A stretch of 32,000 nt of DNA, from positions 1,260,001 through 1,292,000 of the forward strand of contig CP060262.1 in assembly GCA_022646745.1 (NCBI GenBank), in the 5' to 3' direction. Below, in pieces: positions 22,775 to 29,504 of the stretch (position 1 is its first letter; each line of letters begins with the position of its first letter). The notes beneath the pieces are model-generated. The model searched no databases, was not told the origin of the DNA, and saw only the letters and a program-made list of their open reading frames with translations. Source of the stretch: Planctomycetales bacterium. Its GTDB lineage: Bacteria; 4484-113; JAFGCY01. The position numbers and the translations under genes are program-made.

Positions 22775-25321
22775 TCTGAACAGTCCCATCTGCAGCGCCT
22801 TGCGCGCCTTCTCGCGGGATTCGCGGCGGGTTTCCTCCAGCTCGGCGAGGATGTTCTGTGCGCGCCTGACAACGCTGTCCGGCAGCCCGGCCAGGGCTGC
22901 GACCTCGATGCCGAAGCTGTCACTGGCCGCCCCTGCCGCAATCTTATACAGGAACACGAAGCGGCCACTGTCACGCTTCACGAGCACCTGGAAGTTCTTC
23001 AGGCGCGGCAGTACAAGTTCGAGGTCTGTCAGCTCGAAGAAGTGCGTGGCGAACAGGGTAAGTGGACGCTCGGGCATCTCATGCAGGTGCTCCAGCACCG
23101 CCTTGGCAATGCTGATCCCGTCGTAGGTGGAGGTGCCACGCCCGACCTCATCCAAGAGCACAAGGCTGCGCGGCCCGGCAGTGTTGAGGATCTCCGCCGT
23201 CTCCAGCATTTCCACCATGAATGTGCTCTGCCCGCTGGACTGCGCATCCTGCGCACCGACCCGGGTGTGGATGCGGGACAGCACCGGCAGCAGCGCGGAA
23301 CTCGCCGGTACGTAGCAGCCGCATTGCCCGAGCACGCAGATCGTTGCCACCATGCGCATGTAGGTGCTCTTGCCACCCATGTTGGGGCCCGTGATCAGCA
23401 TCACCTGCTGGTCCTCGCTGTCCAGCCAGCAGTCGTTCTTCGTGTAGTAGCGCTCGCCGGTGAGCTGCTCCACCAGCGGATGCCGTGCGCCCTTCAGCTC
23501 CATGCGCTGCACGTCGTCTGAGTCGGCAAGCTGCGGGCGGACCCACTTCAGGCGCTTCGAGGCCATTGCCATTGAGAGCTGCACATCGAGTGCGGCACTG
23601 GCGCGTGCTGCCTCTGACAGGCGCTGGCCTTCACCCAGCAGGCGTGCCACCAGCTCGTCATACAACTCACGCTCGCGCGCCTCAAGCCTGCCCTGCGCCC
23701 CGCGCACCTCACCTTCACGGCTGCTCAGCTCATCGGTCACGAAGCGCTCGGCGTTGACAAGGGTCTGCTTGCGCGTGTAATCATCAGGCACCAGCGCCAG
23801 GTTGGCCTTGCTGACCTCGATGAAGTAGCCGAAGGCATTGGTCTGCTTCACCTTCAGCGTACGGATGCCCGTGCGCCGGCGCTGCTCCTCCTCGTAGTCG
23901 GCAAACCACTGCTCGCCGCCACCCATCAGTGAGCGCAGCTCATCCACCAGCTCATCTGCCCCACTGCGCACCACGTTGCCATCGGACAGCTTGACCGGCG
24001 GTTCCTCTGACAGCAGTGTGTCAAGGTAGCCATGCAGCGCGGAGAACTCGCCGATCAGTTCCGCGAGCCTGAGCATCATGGGGTCCTCGCTGCCACTGAG
24101 CAGTACGCCCAGGTCAGACAGCGCAGGCAGGCTGTCCGCCAGGGCCCGCAGCTCGCGCGGGTTGCTGCGCCCGAGGCTGGCGCGCTGTACGATGCGCTCG
24201 ATGTCAACCACCAGCGACAGGCGCTGCCCGAGCTGTGTTGCCAGCGCCGGGTTGTCAAGCAGGCAGGCGATGCACTCATGCGAGGCGCTGACCTGCGTGG
24301 CTGCGGCGTATGGCGACAGCAGGCGGCGCTTCAGCTCACGGCGGCCGGCGCTGGTATGGCAGTGGTTCAGCAGGCCGTAGATCCCGCCGCTGGACTGCTC
24401 GCCGGGGGAAGCCGCATGTCCAAGCAGGTCGAGGTGCTCCACCGTGCGCGCGTCCAGGTGCAGGCTGTTGCCAAGTGGTACGAAGCGCGGGCTGAGCTGC
24501 AGCTCCTCGCTGCGGTAGGTCTCGCGCAGGTAGCGCACCAGTGCATACAGCGCGGTGCAGGCGGCCTGCCTGCCGGCCAGGCCATAGGCCTTAAGTGATG
24601 CCGCGCCCAGCAGGTGCTCGACGAAGTAACTTATGTCATTGTCACCGGGCAGCTCCGGGCAGCGCTGCAGGGCCGGGCCAGACTGGCCCGTGCCGCCGCG
24701 CAGCTGTGTTGTCAGCGCGGAGTCGGAGATCAGCTCGTCCGGCAGCATCAGCTCACTGGGCCTGAGGCGCAGCACCAGCTCGACCGCCATCCGGATCGAG
24801 CGCTCGTCACTGCCCAGCTCATGCAGGTCCACCCGCCCGGTGCCGCTGTCCAGGACGGCGATGCCAGTCTGTTTGCCGCGTGTCAGCAGCACCACGAGGT
24901 AGTTGTCAGAATCCTCGGAGAGGTATTCATCCTCGACGAGTGTCCCGGCTGTGATCACCCGGGTCACACCGCGCTCCACCAGCCCCTTGGCCTGCGCCGG
25001 GTCCTCTGTCTGCTCGCAGATCGCCACCACCTCGCCGTTGGCAACCAGGCGGCGGATGTAGCGCACGGCGGAGTGGTAGGGGATGCCGGCCATCGCCACG
25101 CGGTAGTCCTTCGAGGCATTGCGGGCAGTCAGTGTCAGGCCGAGGATGTCGGATGCCAGCACGGCGTCGGGGCCGAACATCTCATAAAAATCCCCGAGCC
25201 GGTAGAACAGGATGCCCTGCTGCTGGGAGTCCTTGATTGCCAGGTACTGGCGGAACAGCGGCGTGATGTTCTCCCGGTCCTGGGGATAGTCCTCATGCAC
25301 TCCGGGGGGCAGCACTGCCAT
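22763..25321 (-). CDS. mutS: DNA mismatch repair protein MutS
   Basis: 852 aa. N-terminal TPLFRQYLAIKDSQQQGILFYRLGDFYEMF, Walker A ITGPNMGGKSTYMR, and STFMVEMLETA / LVLLDEVGRGTSTYDG motifs. Confidence 0.95.
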   Translation of the reverse strand: MAVLPPGVHEDYPQDRENITPLFRQYLAIKDSQQQGILFYRLGDFYEMFGPDAVLASDILGLTLTARNASKDYRVAMAGIPYHSAVRYIRRLVANGEVVAICEQTEDPAQAKGLVERGVTRVITAGTLVEDEYLSEDSDNYLVVLLTRGKQTGIAVLDSGTGRVDLHELGSDERSIRMAVELVLRLRPSELMLPDELISDSALTTQLRGGTGQSGPALQRCPELPGDNDISYFVEHLLGAASLKAYGLAGRQAACTALYALVRYLRETYRSEELQLSPRFVPLGNSLHLDARTVEHLDLLGHAASPGEQSSGGIYGLLNHCHTSAGRRELKRRLLSPYAAATQVSASHECIACLLDNPALATQLGQRLSLVVDIERIVQRASLGRSNPRELRALADSLPALSDLGVLLSGSEDPMMLRLAELIGEFSALHGYLDTLLSEEPPVKLSDGNVVRSGADELVDELRSLMGGGEQWFADYEEEQRRRTGIRTLKVKQTNAFGYFIEVSKANLALVPDDYTRKQTLVNAERFVTDELSSREGEVRGAQGRLEARERELYDELVARLLGEGQRLSEAARASAALDVQLSMAMASKRLKWVRPQLADSDDVQRMELKGARHPLVEQLTGERYYTKNDCWLDSEDQQVMLITGPNMGGKSTYMRMVATICVLGQCGCYVPASSALLPVLSRIHTRVGAQDAQSSGQSTFMVEMLETAEILNTAGPRSLVLLDEVGRGTSTYDGISIAKAVLEHLHEMPERPLTLFATHFFELTDLELVLPRLKNFQVLVKRDSGRFVFLYKIAAGAASDSFGIEVAALAGLPDSVVRRAQNILAELEETRRESREKARKALQMGLFRSEE

Positions 25322-25329
25322 GGGAAGAC

Positions 25330-25335
25330 ATTATA
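25330..25335 (-). promoter_or_regulatory. -10 box TATAAT 8 nt upstream of the mutS ATG (leaderless configuration)
   Basis: The minus strand reads ccttaTATAATgtcttcccATG. Confidence 0.5.
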
Positions 25336-25341
25336 TAAGGG

Positions 25342-25424
25342 AGCAGAAAGCAGATAACAGAAAGCAGACTTGATTGAACGCACGACCGAGTCTGCTCTCG
25401 GCTTTCTGCTCTCAGCTTTCTACC
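25342..25424. repeat. inverted pair of heptamer arrays (AGCAGAA)x4 / (TTCTGCT-type)x5
   Basis: AGCAGAA AGCAGAT AACAGAA AGCAGAC (25342-25369), a 20-nt spacer, then GTCTGCT CTCGGCT TTCTGCT CTCAGCT TTCTACC (25390-25424). The inner 7 nt pair perfectly (AGCAGAC/GTCTGCT). Confidence 0.8.
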
Positions 25425-25602
25425 CCTTCGGAATGATCTGCTCCACATGCGCGATGCTCAGCAGGCGCGGGCCCTGGTTGTCCACATCGACCAGGAGGAA
25501 GCCGTTGTCGCTGCCCTTGATCACGCCGTGGATCGGCTGGCCGGAGACGGAGATGATCACGCCCTGGCCGGACTGGATGTACTCGTCAATGTAGCTGCTC
25601 AT
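25420..25602 (-). CDS. small (60 aa) protein with an Sm/Hfq-like sequence pattern (tentative)
   Basis: MSSYIDEYIQSGQGVIISVSGQPIHGVIKGSDNGFLLVDVDNQGPRLLSIAHVEQIIPKG. TATCAT lies 6 nt upstream of the ATG. The hydrophobic/Gly/Asp spacing resembles the Sm1 and Sm2 motifs. The ORF track extends to 25716 across repeat DNA. Confidence 0.45.
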   Translation of the reverse strand: MSSYIDEYIQSGQGVIISVSGQPIHGVIKGSDNGFLLVDVDNQGPRLLSIAHVEQIIPKG

Positions 25603-25623
25603 GCAGTGATGATAGCGCGAAAA

Positions 25624-25651
25624 GGGAACGGGGAATGGGGAACTGGGAACT
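25624..25651 (+). repeat. four tandem heptamers GGGAAC(G/T)
   Basis: GGGAACG GGGAATG GGGAACT GGGAACT, directly abutting hairpin-GCTAC copy D. Confidence 0.8.
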
Positions 25652-25674
25652 GTAGCGGCGACACTCATGTCGCT
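25652..25674 (-). repeat. hairpin-plus-GCTAC element, copy D (reverse orientation)
   Basis: GTAGCGGCGACACTCATGTCGCT matches the reverse complement of copy C (26683..26705) at 22 of 23 positions. Confidence 0.8.
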
Positions 25675-25685
25675 GGGAGTGTTTT

Positions 25686-25772
25686 GAGCAATGAAGAATG
25701 AGCAATGAGCCTGCATTGGTTCGAGGTTATCTCAGCCTGCTTTGGCTCATTGCTCCTCACTCACTCTTCATC
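25686..25772. repeat. inverted pair of heptamer arrays (GAGCAAT-type / GCTCATT-type) with a perfect 11-bp inverted repeat
   Basis: GAGCAAT GAAGAAT GAGCAAT GAGC (25686-25710) faces GCTCATT GCTCCTC ACTCACT CTTCATC (25745-25772). GAGCAATGAGC (25700-25710) pairs with GCTCATTGCTC (25745-25755). Confidence 0.8.
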
Positions 25773-25773
25773 G

Positions 25774-25998
25774 CTAGCTTCCCATCCCGCAGCCTGCCAG
25801 CACGAGCAGCAGCACTGCCAGCATCAGCGGGAGACTGCAGGGGAATGTGATGCAGGATGCGATCAGGCAGCCATCCGCCGCGAGGCTGCAGCACCAGCCG
25901 TCCGGGTCAATCCCGCTTCGTCCTGCGGATGTGCGTTTCGGCATCTCCTGCGAGCTTTCATCCATCCAGCTGGGTGGCTTCTGTGCGTAGTAGCCCAT
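25774..25998 (-). CDS. small Cys-rich protein with a C-terminal hydrophobic anchor (hypothetical)
   Basis: 74 aa. GAGGA lies 3 nt upstream of the ATG. G/C third-position bias is consistent with coding. Sequence ..DPDGWCCSLAADGCLIASCITFPCSLPLMLAVLLLVLAGCG. The overlapping plus-strand ORF is judged a shadow ORF. Confidence 0.45.
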   Translation of the reverse strand: MGYYAQKPPSWMDESSQEMPKRTSAGRSGIDPDGWCCSLAADGCLIASCITFPCSLPLMLAVLLLVLAGCGMGS

Positions 25999-26079
25999 GT
26001 TTCCTCACGTCCCATATGATGATACGCAGGAATGGACCCATGGATTTCAGGGAATGCCTTGGAGCCGCAACACTGCTCC

Positions 26080-26661
26080 CTACTTCTCCAGCCGGTATGT
26101 GGAGAACAGCATCCCGCTCTCACCCTGTTCGCTGGATGCAAGTTCGAGCCTGCTTTTCGGCAGGCCATGCTCAAACATTCGCTTGCCCTGGCCCAGTACG
26201 ACCGGGTAGATGAACATCCTGTACTCGTCCACCAGGCCCTCGGCGGTCAGGCTCTGCAGCAGCTCGCCGCTGCCCCAGATGTGGATCTCCGGGCCTTCCA
26301 TGGCCTTGATTTCCCGGATCCGCGTTGCCAGGTCGCGGGAGACTATCTCTGAGTTGTTCCAGCTGAGCTCGCTCAGCGTGTTCGTGGCAACGTACTTGCG
26401 TGCGGCGTTGAAGTTCCGGCCGATCAGGTTGTCATCATGCTTTGGCCAGTAATCGACCCAGATCTCATAGGTCCGCCGCCCCAGCAGCAAGTCAAGCTCG
26501 CCGCTGCACATCTGCAGGATCTGCCTGCCAATGCTTTCATCCCGGTATTCCCTGCTCCAGCCGCCATGCTCAAAGCCACCGCTGGGGTCCTCGTCCGGGC
26601 TGCCCGGCCCCTGCACCACGCCGTCAAGCGATACATGCATCAATGAAATGATTCGCCTCAT
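26080..26661 (-). CDS. dihydrofolate reductase-family protein (RibD C-terminal domain type)
   Basis: MRRIISLMHVSLDGVVQGPG..LLLGRRTYEIWVDYWP..IHIWGSGELLQSLTAEGLVDEYRMFIYPVVLGQGKRMF is the typical YyaP/RibD_C pattern. AAGGAG is the RBS. Confidence 0.85.
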   Translation of the reverse strand: MRRIISLMHVSLDGVVQGPGSPDEDPSGGFEHGGWSREYRDESIGRQILQMCSGELDLLLGRRTYEIWVDYWPKHDDNLIGRNFNAARKYVATNTLSELSWNNSEIVSRDLATRIREIKAMEGPEIHIWGSGELLQSLTAEGLVDEYRMFIYPVVLGQGKRMFEHGLPKSRLELASSEQGESGMLFSTYRLEK

Positions 26662-26682
26662 CGCGTTCTCCTTAGGTCATCC

Positions 26683-26705
26683 GGCGACATGAGTGTCGCC
26701 GCTAC
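26683..26705 (+). repeat. hairpin-plus-GCTAC element, copy C
   Basis: GGCGAC-atgagt-GTCGCC-GCTAC, followed by the heptamers TGCCCAC TGCCCAC TGACTTC TGATCGC TGACTAC (26706-26740). Confidence 0.8.
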
Positions 26706-26736
26706 TGCCCACTGCCCACTGACTTCTGATCGCTGA

Positions 26737-27183
26737 CTACTGGTTGATCTCCGGTTCGACGAGCAGGGCCAGCTTCTGCAGTGACTGCTGCCAGCCGAGG
26801 TAGCAGGCCTCCAGCGGAATCACGTCCGGCACTCCCTCCTGCACGATGTGCAGTTCAGTGCCGACGCTGACCTCGCGCAGCGTGACCGTGACCTTCATCT
26901 CGCCCGGCAGGTTGGTCTCGTCGTCAAACTTGTCCGTGTACACGAGGCGCTCATTGGGGACCACCTCGATGTAGCGGCCACCGAAGGAATGGCTGTGCCC
27001 GGTGGTGAAGTTGCGAAACGACATGTGGAAGCCGCCGCCGATCCTGACATCTATGTTGTCAACGGTGCAGAGGTAGCCATATGGCGGGTTCCAGCTTGCA
27101 ACGGCATCCGCTTCAGTGAAGGCGCGGTAGAGCTTTTCGGGGCTGGTGGCGATCACGCGGTGCAGCTTGACTGTGTTTGGCAT
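26737..27183 (-). CDS. SRPBCC (Aha1-like) domain protein
   Basis: ..HRVIATSPEKLYRAFTEADAVASWNPP..GGGFHMSFRNFTTGHSHSFGGRYIEVVPNERLVYTDKFDD... AGGAG lies 6 nt upstream. Confidence 0.85.
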   Translation of the reverse strand: MPNTVKLHRVIATSPEKLYRAFTEADAVASWNPPYGYLCTVDNIDVRIGGGFHMSFRNFTTGHSHSFGGRYIEVVPNERLVYTDKFDDETNLPGEMKVTVTLREVSVGTELHIVQEGVPDVIPLEACYLGWQQSLQKLALLVEPEINQ

Positions 27184-27219
27184 CTGATACTCCTGGTTGA
27201 CTGCCGCCTCGCTGTTTGG

Positions 27220-27828
27220 TCAGCGGGGGCTGAAAAGTAGTTCAATGTAGCGGCGCAGGTGCGCAATGCTGTCCGCGGCAATCGCTGTATCGCCGGTCGC
27301 CTTGGCGAGGATGAATGCGCCCTGGATCACGGCCTGGGTATGCAGCGCCACGCTTGCGGCAGTCCAGTCAGCTCTGTTGCCAGACTGCTCAATCGCCGCC
27401 TCAATGTCCGCCTCAAGCGTGCGGGCATGTGCCGTGATGCTGCGCTCGCAGGCCGCCACGAGGTCCGGCCGGGTGAGGTAGGCCTCCTGCGTGATCATGC
27501 CAGCGAAGCAGGTGTAGTCCGGCAGCTCCCCCTGCAGCAGCTCCCGGCGGAAGTCGATGTAGGCCAGCAGGCGCTCCAGCGGGTCCTCGATGCGGTGGTA
27601 CTCCGCGGATGCGAACAGTCCGCCGGTCAGCGCATCCCAGTGCGCCACGGCGGCCAGCGCAAGCTCATCCTTGCTCTTGAAATGGTGGAAGAAGCTGCCC
27701 TTCGTCACTCCGGCTTCAGCGCAGATATCTTCGATCCGCGTGGCGGTGTAACCCTTGGCGCGCACGATCTGCAGGGTGGCATTCAGCAGCCGTGTCCGTG
27801 AATCAACTTGTTTTGCTTCGTGTTCCAT
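27220..27828 (-). CDS. TetR/AcrR-family transcriptional regulator
   Basis: RTRLLNATLQIVRAKGYTATRIEDICAEAGVTKGSFFHHFKSKDELA is the TetR HTH. The ATG at 27828 is taken as the start; the GTG at 27834 is an alternative. The start lies inside the operator palindrome. Confidence 0.88.
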   Translation of the reverse strand: MEHEAKQVDSRTRLLNATLQIVRAKGYTATRIEDICAEAGVTKGSFFHHFKSKDELALAAVAHWDALTGGLFASAEYHRIEDPLERLLAYIDFRRELLQGELPDYTCFAGMITQEAYLTRPDLVAACERSITAHARTLEADIEAAIEQSGNRADWTAASVALHTQAVIQGAFILAKATGDTAIAADSIAHLRRYIELLFSPR

Positions 27829-27866
27829 ACCCACTGGTAGGTATGATTATACCGACCAGTGGGTAT
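27827..27866. promoter_or_regulatory. 40-bp near-perfect palindrome (candidate TetR operator) with an embedded TATAAT
   Basis: ATACCCACTGGT (27827-27838) and ACCAGTGGGTAT (27855-27866) are perfect 12-bp inverted arms. An inner pair GGTAT/ATACC is also present. The centre reads TATAAT on the minus strand (27851..27846). Confidence 0.7.
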
Positions 27867-28089
27867 GCTGTCAAGGGGCTTGGGGAAAACTGGAGTGCCG
27901 ATCGCCGAATCGGCAAAAGTAACGTTTATTGCAAAGCAGAAGTGGAGAGACGCAGAACTCAGACAAGAGGTAAAGATTGTGAGGAGCTGCGAAGCGCAGC
28001 TTTGCAGGCTTTGCGGAATCAACCAAGTAGTTGCCGAGCAAGCGAGGCTGCATCATGCCTGAGGCATGACGCCGCAACGCAACTCCTCT

Positions 28090-28145
28090 CTCATTGCTCA
28101 CTCTTCATTGCTCATTGCTGCTCCACACTCCAAACTCCCCACTCC
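28090..28145 (+). repeat. eight in-phase tandem heptamers (CTCATTG-type grading into xxACTCC-type)
   Basis: CTCATTG CTCACTC TTCATTG CTCATTG CTGCTCC ACACTCC AAACTCC CCACTCC. This is the same word family as 25745-25772. Confidence 0.8.
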
Positions 28146-28291
28146 GACCTGCTTCAGCCGGTATAACTATTCCGTGGAATGGATCCAGAACAACATCCTG
28201 TGTTGACCGACCCGCGTACTGGCCGTGTGCCTGGGTTTTGTGTTCCTGATCTCAATGGGCGTGGACGCACTAAAGAAGAAGCCGGGGCAGT

Positions 28292-28431
28292 CTGAATAGT
28301 TCCAATAGTCCGATAGTGAAATGAAGTGTTAGGGACAGCTGGCTCCGCCGCGAATGAATCCTGCCCTCCCGGTCTTTTTCCTCTCCACCATTCTTACTAT
28401 TCAGACTATTCGAACTTCTTCCACTTCTTCC
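28292..28431. repeat. inverted pair of 8-9-nt word arrays (xxAATAGT x3 / ACTATTxxx x2 plus ACTTCTTCC x2)
   Basis: CTGAATAGT TCCAATAGT CCGATAGT (28292-28317) faces ACTATTCAG ACTATTCGA ACTTCTTCC ACTTCTTCC (28396-28431). A hairpin plus T-run (about 28331-28379) lies between them. Confidence 0.75.
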
Positions 28432-28461
28432 ACTGACCAGCCGCAGGCCAGCTCTCTCCCT

Positions 28462-28467
28462 TACAAT
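28462..28467 (+). promoter_or_regulatory. -10-like TACAAT 7 nt upstream of the pyrB GTG
   Basis: cttTACAATattccccGTG. There is no SD in the spacer. Confidence 0.4.
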
Positions 28468-28474
28468 ATTCCCC

Positions 28475-29452
28475 GTGAGTTACCGCCACCTGGTTTCCAT
28501 CCGCGACCTGTCCGAACCGGACCTGCACCAGCTGCTCGACCTCTCCGAATGGTTCATGCCCCAGGTCGAGGCCGGCGGCTTCAAGATGGACACCCTGCGC
28601 GGCACCTCCTGCATCCTGCTGTTCTACGAAGCCTCGACCCGCACCCGCGCATCCTTCGAGGTGGCCGGCAAGATGCTCGGCAGCGACACCATCAATGTCG
28701 GCAGCAAGGGCAGCAGCACCGAAAAGGGCGAGACCGTCAAGGACACGGCGCTGACGCTGAACGCCATGGACCACAACTGCGTGGTGATGCGCCATGAGAC
28801 CGCTGATGCGATCAACATCTTCGCGCAGTATTTCGAGCGCGGGCTGGTCAACGCCGGCAGTGGGCTTGGCCAGCACCCGACCCAGGCCCTGCTGGACGCG
28901 CTCACCCTGCGCCGCGCCGGCCTGCTGGAGAAGGGCCGCCGTGTGGCAATCGTGGGTGACCTGCGCCACAGCCGCGTGATGCGCTCCAACCTGCAGCTCT
29001 GGGCCAGCCTCGGAATGGACACCGTGCTCGTCGCCCCGCCGCAGCTGATGCCGGACGGCTGGGAAGGCCTGCACCCTGAGCACTGGGCGGATGACACAAC
29101 GGGCTACGGCAGCGTGACCTGGGACACTGACATCGACCGCGTGCTGCCTGATGTGGACGCCGTGATGATGCTGCGCATGCAGCGCGAGCGGATGGACGGC
29201 GGCTACCTGACGAACTCCGATGAGTACTCCAAGCTGTACGGCCTGTTCGGGCACCGCATGAAGAAGCTGCCGCCACACGCGATCATCATGCACCCCGGAC
29301 CTGTCAACCGCGGCGTGGAAATCAGTGAGGAAGCCTTCCTCGACCCGCGCTGCCGGATCACCGAACAGGTGACCTGGGGCGTGGCCAGCCGCTGTGCACT
29401 TCTATGCTGGAGCTGCGGCCGGCTTCCGGTGGGATTCGCCGTCACGGCCTGA
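28475..29452 (+). CDS. pyrB: aspartate carbamoyltransferase catalytic subunit
   Basis: LFYEASTRTRASFE (S-T-R-T-R carbamoyl-phosphate site), LGQHPTQALLD (H-P-T-Q), HPGPVNRGVEI. GTG start. Confidence 0.93.
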   Translation: MSYRHLVSIRDLSEPDLHQLLDLSEWFMPQVEAGGFKMDTLRGTSCILLFYEASTRTRASFEVAGKMLGSDTINVGSKGSSTEKGETVKDTALTLNAMDHNCVVMRHETADAINIFAQYFERGLVNAGSGLGQHPTQALLDALTLRRAGLLEKGRRVAIVGDLRHSRVMRSNLQLWASLGMDTVLVAPPQLMPDGWEGLHPEHWADDTTGYGSVTWDTDIDRVLPDVDAVMMLRMQRERMDGGYLTNSDEYSKLYGLFGHRMKKLPPHAIIMHPGPVNRGVEISEEAFLDPRCRITEQVTWGVASRCALLCWSCGRLPVGFAVTA

Positions 29453-29504
29453 CCCGGAAGGCAGTCTGTGCAGGATCCCGGATAACAAGGAGGCTGCTTA
29501 CAGG

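Noticed and set aside
25705-25730. A tRNA-like T-loop (TGGTTCGAGGTTATC).
   Set aside because: There are no flanking acceptor, D or anticodon arms. It lies in the loop of the 11-bp inverted repeat.
27859-28062. A 67-aa plus-strand ORF divergent from tetR.
   Set aside because: It is not called as a feature. Its third-position bias is intermediate, it has no SD or homology, and it starts inside the operator arm. It is kept only as a possibility under the TetR finding.
28179-28295. A 38-codon sORF (MDPEQHPVLTDPRTGRVPGFCVPDLNGRGRTKEEAGAV) upstream of pyrB, as a possible pyr leader peptide.
   Set aside because: There is no convincing SD. Third positions are mostly A/T, unlike genuine genes here. 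I could not find a PyrR-binding loop (UCCAGAGAGG-type) or a pyrimidine-rich pause/attenuator arrangement.
18498-28431. Whether the repeat arrays could be CRISPR loci.
   Set aside because: The periods are 7-9 nt, or about 25-90 nt for the ACGGAGGT modules. There are no unique spacers of 25-40 nt between constant repeats of 24-40 nt, and no cas genes in the window.
517-29293. Many long ORFs antisense to or overlapping confident genes, for example 517..1221(-), 2215..3507(+), 4710..5480(-), 10976..11404(-), 17191..17775(+), 17811..18344(-), 20971..21804(-), 24032..24598(+), 24614..25357(+) and 28406..29293(-).
   Set aside because: These are typical shadow ORFs of high-GC DNA. Their translations are Arg/Ala/Pro/Gly-rich with no domain signatures. 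Each overlaps a gene with clear motifs (tyrS, mutS, pyrB and others).
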